Shown in pieces: positions 15,958 through 21,908 of a stretch of DNA of 21,908 nt. The position numbers and the translations under genes are program-made. The stretch's first letter is position 1. Each line of letters begins with the position of its first letter. Source of the stretch: Candidatus Diapherotrites archaeon CG10_big_fil_rev_8_21_14_0_10_31_34 (GTDB lineage Archaea; Iainarchaeota; Iainarchaeia; Iainarchaeales; 1-14-0-10-31-34); contig PFAI01000009.1 in assembly GCA_002763225.1 (NCBI GenBank), forward strand, positions 4,228 to 26,135, given 5' to 3'. The notes under the pieces were generated by a model. It was not told the origin of the DNA and did no database searches. It saw only the letters and a program-made list of their open reading frames with translations.

Positions 15958-16776
15958 TTAGTTTTCAACAAGTTTTTCTATTTCTTTTGATGGGCCAAAA
16001 ATATTGATTGAAAAAGAAGTAATTTTGATTTGAATTGAAGAAAAATAGATTTTAATGCTTTCATTTTGAGGGTAATTCAGAGAAAAAGCAAAAGAAAAAA
16101 AATCTGAAAGATGCTCTTTTTTCAGGGAAAAATTTGGTTTCTTGGATTTAACTGAAAACTTTTCTGAAATTAAGTCAAAAACTGTTTCAGGGCATTCAAC
16201 AAAAAACTCATTTAAACCAAAAGAAGAAAAAAACAAAGAAATTTTTTTAACTGATGACCTGTCTTTTGGAAGAGAAACAGAATCATTGAAATTCAGTTTT
16301 TTTAGCGAATCAATCTGTTTTGACAGAATCTTTGAAAGATAAGTCAGATGTTTTATTTTAACATTTGCAAGAGAATTCATTTTATTTAAATCAGAAACAT
16401 AAAATAAAGCTGAAGTTCTTGCATCCCTTAACAAGTCTGGGTTATTTTTTGATTTTTCAATTACCAAATGCAGTTGTTCTACAATTGAATCCAGTTCATT
16501 GATTTTTTTTGGAGAAGAAATAGAAGTGTTTAATTTCATTAACAATTTGTTTTTCATTTCAAAAGAAATAGATGAATTTCCTTTGTCTGTAATGAAATAA
16601 AAGTTGTCTTTCTTTTTCAGCAAACCAAAAGAAACTGCATCTTTTAGTGTTCTGGAAAGAGAAGCACGGGCCGAATTGATTGAACCAAAATCTGAAGCAG
16701 TCTTTCCCAGCAGGGAATTATATGTTATTCCTGGAGACTGCTTAATCATTAACAAAATTCCATTTCTTGCAGTCAT
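15958..16776 (-). CDS. Hypothetical protein with N-terminal winged helix
   Basis: ILLMIKQSPGITYNSL...SLSRTLKDAVSFGLLKKKDNFYFITDKG. Likely start ATG 16776 rather than 16842. Confidence 0.65.
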   Translation of the reverse strand: MTARNGILLMIKQSPGITYNSLLGKTASDFGSINSARASLSRTLKDAVSFGLLKKKDNFYFITDKGNSSISFEMKNKLLMKLNTSISSPKKINELDSIVEQLHLVIEKSKNNPDLLRDARTSALFYVSDLNKMNSLANVKIKHLTYLSKILSKQIDSLKKLNFNDSVSLPKDRSSVKKISLFFSSFGLNEFFVECPETVFDLISEKFSVKSKKPNFSLKKEHLSDFFSFAFSLNYPQNESIKIYFSSIQIKITSFSINIFGPSKEIEKLVEN

Positions 16777-16876
16777 GTTAATTAAAAGGTTTTTGGAAAA
16801 TAAAAATGTTTTGGGGGAGAAATCAACAAAAAATCCATACAAAACAAATAAAAAGGAAAGATTCCTTTATATTAAA

Positions 16877-17659
16877 ATGATTAAATCTTTGATTGAATCA
16901 GTTTTGATGATATTGAAAAAACCTGTGGTATTGCTTGCAGGAATTGTATTTATTTTAATTGACTTTATTTTCAGGTATGTGGTTGAAGACCAGGCAATTG
17001 AAACAGTTTTCAGTTTTCTGAATTTTTCAAACTACCCGTTATTTGAACTGCAAAAAATGCCTTTTCAGTTAATTGCAAGTTACCCAAGCGAATTAATTTT
17101 TGTCGGATTATTTTTAATTATAAGTTCAGTTATTTCCACAATGATGTCTGTTTCGCTTGCAAACTATGTTTTTGAAAAAAACAAATCAATTACTTCTTCA
17201 ATAATGTTTTCAGTTAAAAACCTGATGAAAATAATTTTATTAGTATTGTTTTTTGGCTTGATTTTTGTTTTTTCTGCAATAGTTTTATGGATTGTGGCAT
17301 TGTTTGCTTTTGCAGCAGGATTTCTCGGAGCAATAATCTTGCTTTTAGTAATAGTTTTTATGGGATTTGTGTTACTGCATTTTGTTTTTGTTCCGGCATT
17401 AATCGGAAAAGGATTAAACATCAAAAAAGCATTCAAAGAAAGCTGGAATTTTTCAGGGAAAAACTTTTTTTCAGTAATATTGTTGTTAATCGGCATAGCA
17501 TTAATTGATTTTGTATTAAGCCAGATTTACATTATAATTTTAAACACAGATTTCGGAGAAAACGAATTAATGATTATAGTTGAAATGATTTTTACTTTAA
17601 TAATTTTAACTTATACTAACATAGTTTTTCCTTTATTCTATTTAAATAAAAGCAAGTGA
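16877..17659 (+). CDS. Multi-pass membrane protein of unknown function
   Basis: About six TM helices and a FVPALI...IKKAFKESW motif. Start moved to ATG 16877 because the ORF-track start overlaps the opposite-strand gene. Stop abuts smc. Confidence 0.7.
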   Translation: MIKSLIESVLMILKKPVVLLAGIVFILIDFIFRYVVEDQAIETVFSFLNFSNYPLFELQKMPFQLIASYPSELIFVGLFLIISSVISTMMSVSLANYVFEKNKSITSSIMFSVKNLMKIILLVLFFGLIFVFSAIVLWIVALFAFAAGFLGAIILLLVIVFMGFVLLHFVFVPALIGKGLNIKKAFKESWNFSGKNFFSVILLLIGIALIDFVLSQIYIIILNTDFGENELMIIVEMIFTLIILTYTNIVFPLFYLNKSK

Positions 17660-17664
17660 AAAAA

Positions 17665-20457
17665 ATGTCTTCAGTCAGAATCGGCAAACTAAGGTTAAAG
17701 AACTTCAAGTCTTTTAAACAGGCAGTTATTCCATTCAGCAAAGGTTTTACAACAATTGCCGGAAGCAATGGATCAGGCAAGAGCAACATTTTGGATGCAA
17801 TAATGTTTGTTTTGGGAATGACTTCACTGAAAATGATGAGAGCATCAAAGTTAGTGGATTTGGTTAATAATGAAGCAAAAGAAAGCTATGGATTAGTTGA
17901 AGTCGAATTAAACCAGCCAGACAAAAAATACCTGCTTTCAAGAACAATAGACAAACAAGGAAAATCAGTTTACAGGATTGACTCAAAAAGAGCCACATTA
18001 AATGAAACAATTTCTTTGCTGACTGAGTTAGGGGTCAGCGCAACAGGATATAATATTGTTGTGCAAGGAGACGTAACTAAAATAATTGAAATGAATCCAG
18101 GGCAGAGAAGAGAAATAATAGATGATTTGGCTGGATTAAGCGAATTTGACCACAAAAAAGATGAATCAATTAAAGAATTAGAAAAAGTAAACACTAAAAT
18201 AAAAGAAGTAAATATTGTGTTAAAAGAAAGAGAAACTTACTTGGAAGAACTGGAAAAAGAAAGAAAAGCCGCAATAGAATACCAAAACTTAAATAAAGAG
18301 CACAAGCAGGTTAAAGCAACAATTTTAAGAAAAGAAATAAAAAAAATCGAAGAAAACATGAAAGAACATAAAGGAAAAATAGATAAAATAAAAGAAAAAA
18401 TTGAATTAGCTCAAAAGAAAAGAGAAGAAATAGAAAAAGAAGAAAAAGAATTAACAGACAAAATAGAAGAAATCAACAACAAAATAATTGAAGCAAAAGA
18501 AAAAACTTATTCCGGAGTGGGAATGGAAATAGAAGAAACAAAATCAGAGAAAAAAATAACAGAAGAAAGGATTAACTCAAAAAAAGAGCAAATTAACAGG
18601 CTGAAAAACAGGATTCATTCAATCAACGAAAAACAGTTAAAAGAAAAAGAAAAACAGGAAAACCTGAAAAAAGAATTAGAAGAAATAAAAGAAAAAATTA
18701 ATAATGCTGAAAGAGAAGTAAAAGGAAAAGAAATAAAAGCAGAAGAAGAACAAAAAAGAATTGAAGAAATAAAAGAAAAAATAACTGAAATAGAACAGGA
18801 GTTAGAGAAAAAAAGCGCATTATTAGAAAGAGAAAAAGAAAGGTTTTACAGCAAAAAAAGCGAAGGAGAAAAACTGGAAAAAGAAATCAAAATGCATTCA
18901 GGTTTCCTGAAAGAAATCCAGGAAGATTTAAACAATCAGAAATTAAAGGAAAAAAGCGTTTCATTAAAAGCAACAGAAAAAAAATTAAAGGAAATGGAAA
19001 AAGAACTGGATGAAATAGAAAAAAATAATCCAAAAATAAAAGAAGAAATCGGCAGACTGAAAGTAATTAAAAACAAAATAGAAAAAGAAATCAAAGAAAT
19101 TCTGCTTACATTAGATGAATTAGGGAGCATGGAAAGAGAAGAAAAAATAATTAAAGAAAAAAACAAAGCAGAAAATTCATTAGAAGAAGCAGTAAAAGAA
19201 AAAGAAAAAATAAATGAATTGCTTGAAGGAATAAAAAACACAAGAGAAGAAACAAGAAAACAATTAAATGAATTCAAAGAAGAAATTAAAAGTGAAAGCA
19301 GGCTGATTCAGGAAGTTAATGCTGAAAAAGTTTTACTGGAAAAAATGAAATTAAAAAAAGAGTCAATTAAAGAAAATTTAAATACAAAAGAAGAAAACAA
19401 AACTGATTCAGGAACAGAAATAAATGAAATAGAAGAAGAAATACTTAAAACAGAAAAAACAATTGGTTTAGAAGAAGAAAAAATAACTGAAATAGAAAAA
19501 AAAATAAAGAATCTGACTATTGAACTGGAAAAACAAAACAAGCAAAGCCATTTATTTTATGAAGAAAAAGATAAAGTGAACAAAAAAATTGAAGAAATAA
19601 AAGAAAAAAAGCATAAAAATGACGCAAATATCTCAAAATTTTCAAGAGAAGAAAATGAAGTGAGAATTGATAACTCAAAAAATGAGGTAAGGATTGCTGA
19701 TTTAAGCGAGGAAATAAAAGGATTTGAAGAAATAGAATTAATTACAGGAAAAGAGTTAGGGGAATTAAAGGAAAGACTTGGAAGAATAGAAAAAAGGATT
19801 ACTGAATTAGGCGCAGTAAACATGAAAGCAATTGATTCTTTTGAAGGGCAAACAAAAGAATTAATTGAAATAAAAGAAAAATCAGAAAAACTTGACCAAG
19901 AAAGAATTGCAGTACTTGATATGATTGAAAAAATTGAGATTAAAAGGGCTACGGCTTTTATTGACTGCTTTAACCAGGTGAACGAGCATTTTAAGAAAAC
20001 ATTTTATTCTTTAGGAGAAAAAGAAGGAACACTGAAATTGACTGACGAAGCAGACATAAATAACTCTGGATTGTTAATTGAAGCAAAATATGACCAGGAA
20101 AAAATGATTAATATTGATTCAATGAGCGGAGGAGAAAAAACTTTAACTGCATTGGCATTTCTGTTTTCAATTCAGCTGTTCAGACCTGCTCCATTTTATA
20201 TTTTTGATGAAGCAGATGCAGCATTAGATAAAACTAATTCATTAAAGTTAAGCAAAATGATTGCAGAAGTATGCAGGAAAAGCCAGTTTATTGCAATAAC
20301 TCATAATGATTCACTGATAAAAGAATCTAACCAGATTATTGGAGTAACATTAAATGAACAAAAAAGTTCTGTAATTGGATTAAAATTAAAAGAAAAAATT
20401 GAACAGGAAAATTTGGAAGAAAAAAAAGAACCAGCAGAATCAATTCAGACAAGCTGA
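17665..20457 (+). CDS. smc: Chromosome segregation protein Smc, short form without a recognisable hinge
   Basis: NFKSF, GSNGSGKSNILDA, MRA, VVQGDV, LGAVNMKAI, signature MSGGEK, PFYIFDEADAALD, QFIAITHN. About 930 aa. ATG 17665 (alternative GTG 17656). Confidence 0.9.
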   Translation: MSSVRIGKLRLKNFKSFKQAVIPFSKGFTTIAGSNGSGKSNILDAIMFVLGMTSLKMMRASKLVDLVNNEAKESYGLVEVELNQPDKKYLLSRTIDKQGKSVYRIDSKRATLNETISLLTELGVSATGYNIVVQGDVTKIIEMNPGQRREIIDDLAGLSEFDHKKDESIKELEKVNTKIKEVNIVLKERETYLEELEKERKAAIEYQNLNKEHKQVKATILRKEIKKIEENMKEHKGKIDKIKEKIELAQKKREEIEKEEKELTDKIEEINNKIIEAKEKTYSGVGMEIEETKSEKKITEERINSKKEQINRLKNRIHSINEKQLKEKEKQENLKKELEEIKEKINNAEREVKGKEIKAEEEQKRIEEIKEKITEIEQELEKKSALLEREKERFYSKKSEGEKLEKEIKMHSGFLKEIQEDLNNQKLKEKSVSLKATEKKLKEMEKELDEIEKNNPKIKEEIGRLKVIKNKIEKEIKEILLTLDELGSMEREEKIIKEKNKAENSLEEAVKEKEKINELLEGIKNTREETRKQLNEFKEEIKSESRLIQEVNAEKVLLEKMKLKKESIKENLNTKEENKTDSGTEINEIEEEILKTEKTIGLEEEKITEIEKKIKNLTIELEKQNKQSHLFYEEKDKVNKKIEEIKEKKHKNDANISKFSREENEVRIDNSKNEVRIADLSEEIKGFEEIELITGKELGELKERLGRIEKRITELGAVNMKAIDSFEGQTKELIEIKEKSEKLDQERIAVLDMIEKIEIKRATAFIDCFNQVNEHFKKTFYSLGEKEGTLKLTDEADINNSGLLIEAKYDQEKMINIDSMSGGEKTLTALAFLFSIQLFRPAPFYIFDEADAALDKTNSLKLSKMIAEVCRKSQFIAITHNDSLIKESNQIIGVTLNEQKSSVIGLKLKEKIEQENLEEKKEPAESIQTS

Positions 20458-20644
20458 AAAAAGCTTTAAAAAAACAATTCAAAAAGAAGCTGAAAAAAAA
20501 GAAACAAAAAAAGAATTGAAGAAAATACAGGCAATTTTAAAAAAAATCAATAAAAAAAAAGGAATCAGTTCAAAAAAAAAGAATAAAATCAAAAAAAACG
20601 GAAAAGGAATAAAAAAAAAGTATTCAATAAAAAAACACAACAAT

Positions 20645-20709
20645 AACCAAATTCAAAAAAAAAGCAATTAATAAAAAAAACACGCAAACAACCAAATTCA
20701 AAAAAAAAG
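20645..20709 (+). repeat. Exact 20-bp direct repeat in A-rich intergenic DNA
   Basis: aaccaaattcaaaaaaaaag at 20645-20664 and 20690-20709. Confidence 0.6.
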
Positions 20710-20751
20710 AAAGTATTTAATAAAGAAATACTCTTATTAAGTAGGAAGTTT

Positions 20752-21908
20752 ATGGCTAAAAAAATTCATTTAATTTCAGTTTTGTTTTTTTTAATTTTAT
20801 TTAATTCAGTTTTTGGCTTACCTGTAAGCAGTTGCAGTCAAACTTTAAGCAGTAATGGAACTTTATATGAGTTAACTGGAAATATTTCAAGTTCTTCTGG
20901 TTGTCTGACTATTTCTGAAAACAACATTGTTTTAGACTGTCAAAATCATTCAATTACTCATTCAACCGGAACAAGAGGTTCTTGAGTTTATGTTTCAGGA
21001 AATAATGTGGAAGTAAAAAATTGTATAATTAATGATGGGACTGCTCCTGGTCCTGGAGTAGGAGATGATTGGAGAGCAGGAATAAGTGTTGATGGAGACT
21101 ATGCTCATTTGCATCATAATACAATTTCAGTTCAAGGTTATTCTGGCAGAGGAATTGTTACTTCAAGACAAAGTGAATTAAATATAATTAATGACAATAC
21201 AATTACTGGAAATGCAGACCAAATCAGAAGTTTATGGATAGTGCGTTCTGCAGAAGTTTTTAATAACACTATTTCTGTTACTGGTTGTAATGGAATTGTT
21301 GATTTAGGAACAGAATATGGACAGTATTATCCTGAAAGTGTTTTCAATATTTATGATAATACTTTTAATCCAACAAAAGTTGGTTGTCCTTCTGGAGGCT
21401 CTAGATCTTGGGGGGTTTCAATTCCAATTAATGCTGATTTTTACAATAATATTGTTAATGGAATAGATTTAGATGAATATCCAAACGGAGGGACATTATC
21501 AACAGTTAATGTTGGGAGTAACAGCAAAATCCATGATAATGAAATTAATATTGATGGCTGGAATGCAAGAGGAATTTATTTTGAAGAAAACCCTCCTACA
21601 GAAAATGTTGAAATATATGGTAATACAGTATTATCTTATGACACTCATGCTGATGATTCTGATGGAAGTCCTTTAAGAGTCAGATCAGGATTAAACATTA
21701 GTATTCATGACAATGTCTTTAAGTCAGTTTATAACACTAAAACTGCAATGGTTTTTGGTGCTTCTCCTGCAATGCGTGTTACAGGAGAAATTTATAACAA
21801 TACATTTAGTGGACGAATAGGAATATTTTTTTATGACCAGACAATTGAAGGACCTGACATCCATCATAATACTATTTATTCAACTTACCATAAAATTCGA
21901 GTAAATTA
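20752..21908 (+). pseudogene. Secreted right-handed parallel beta-helix (PbH1/NosD-like) surface protein interrupted by one in-frame TGA; runs off the window
   Basis: Signal peptide MAKKIHLISVLFFLILFNSVFG, then CLTISENNIVLDCQNHSI, TGA at 20983-20985. The same frame stays open to 21908 with repeated I.xNxI motifs (HHNTIS, NDNTIT, FNNTIS, HDNEIN, YGNTV, YNNTF). Confidence 0.85.

Noticed and set aside
16604..16876. N-terminal extension of the membrane protein ORF
   Set aside because: Overlaps the opposite-strand wHTH gene. ATG 16877 is the plausible start.
706..19823. Numerous antisense or overlapping ORFs in the track (e.g. 706-969, 2033-2518, 3323-4057, 9366-9725, 13472-13894, 13664-13858, 18936-19277)
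   Set aside because: F/S/L-rich shadows of A-rich coding strands or overlaps with tRNA-Ser, with no family motifs.
747..20457. HerA plus SMC read as a Wadjet/Lamassu or HerA-Sir2 defence system
   Set aside because: The genes are over 12 kb apart among housekeeping genes, there is no nuclease or effector partner, and the Smc head motifs are condensin-type.
20399..20671. 90-aa Lys-rich ORF
   Set aside because: Overlaps the smc end, is a by-product of poly-A composition and has no recognisable motif.
20983..20985. Genome-wide TGA reassignment (Gly/Trp) or selenocysteine
   Set aside because: Several genes here end in TGA (5135, 7518, 11437, 15381, 17659, 20457), no other long ORF contains an internal TGA, and the context is not a redox Cys position.
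21473..21676. 67-aa ORF
   Set aside because: Alternative frame inside the beta-helix coding region.

Overview
AT-rich, gene-dense window of archaeal character: TATA-like boxes, GTGA/GGAGGTG ribosome-binding motifs and tRNA genes without encoded CCA. The overall style suggests a DPANN archaeon, possibly Iainarchaeota/Diapherotrites; this is inference only. In order it contains: the 3' end of an M17 leucyl aminopeptidase; a 4-TM ion-transport-like protein; a large HerA/DUF87-type ATPase with a 435-aa LAGLIDADG intein in its Walker A motif; a basic kinase-fold-like protein; a minus-strand cluster of glmS, a GNAT and a HAD::YvcK/GlmR fusion, with a divergent HTH regulator; DUF202, Yip1 and site-2 protease genes; tRNA-Ser(CGA) and tRNA-Gly(CCC), both flanked by stem-loops; an STT3/GT-C-like membrane protein; two unannotated Cys-containing small ORFs; a wHTH protein; a membrane protein; an Smc; and a secreted beta-helix gene broken by one in-frame TGA. 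The strongest candidates for new biology are (1) a possible GlmM/GlmU-independent UDP-GlcNAc module built around the HAD-GlmR fusion next to glmS, and (2) an Smc with canonical heads but no hinge domain or zinc hook. All family calls come from motif recognition by eye; no database search was run.
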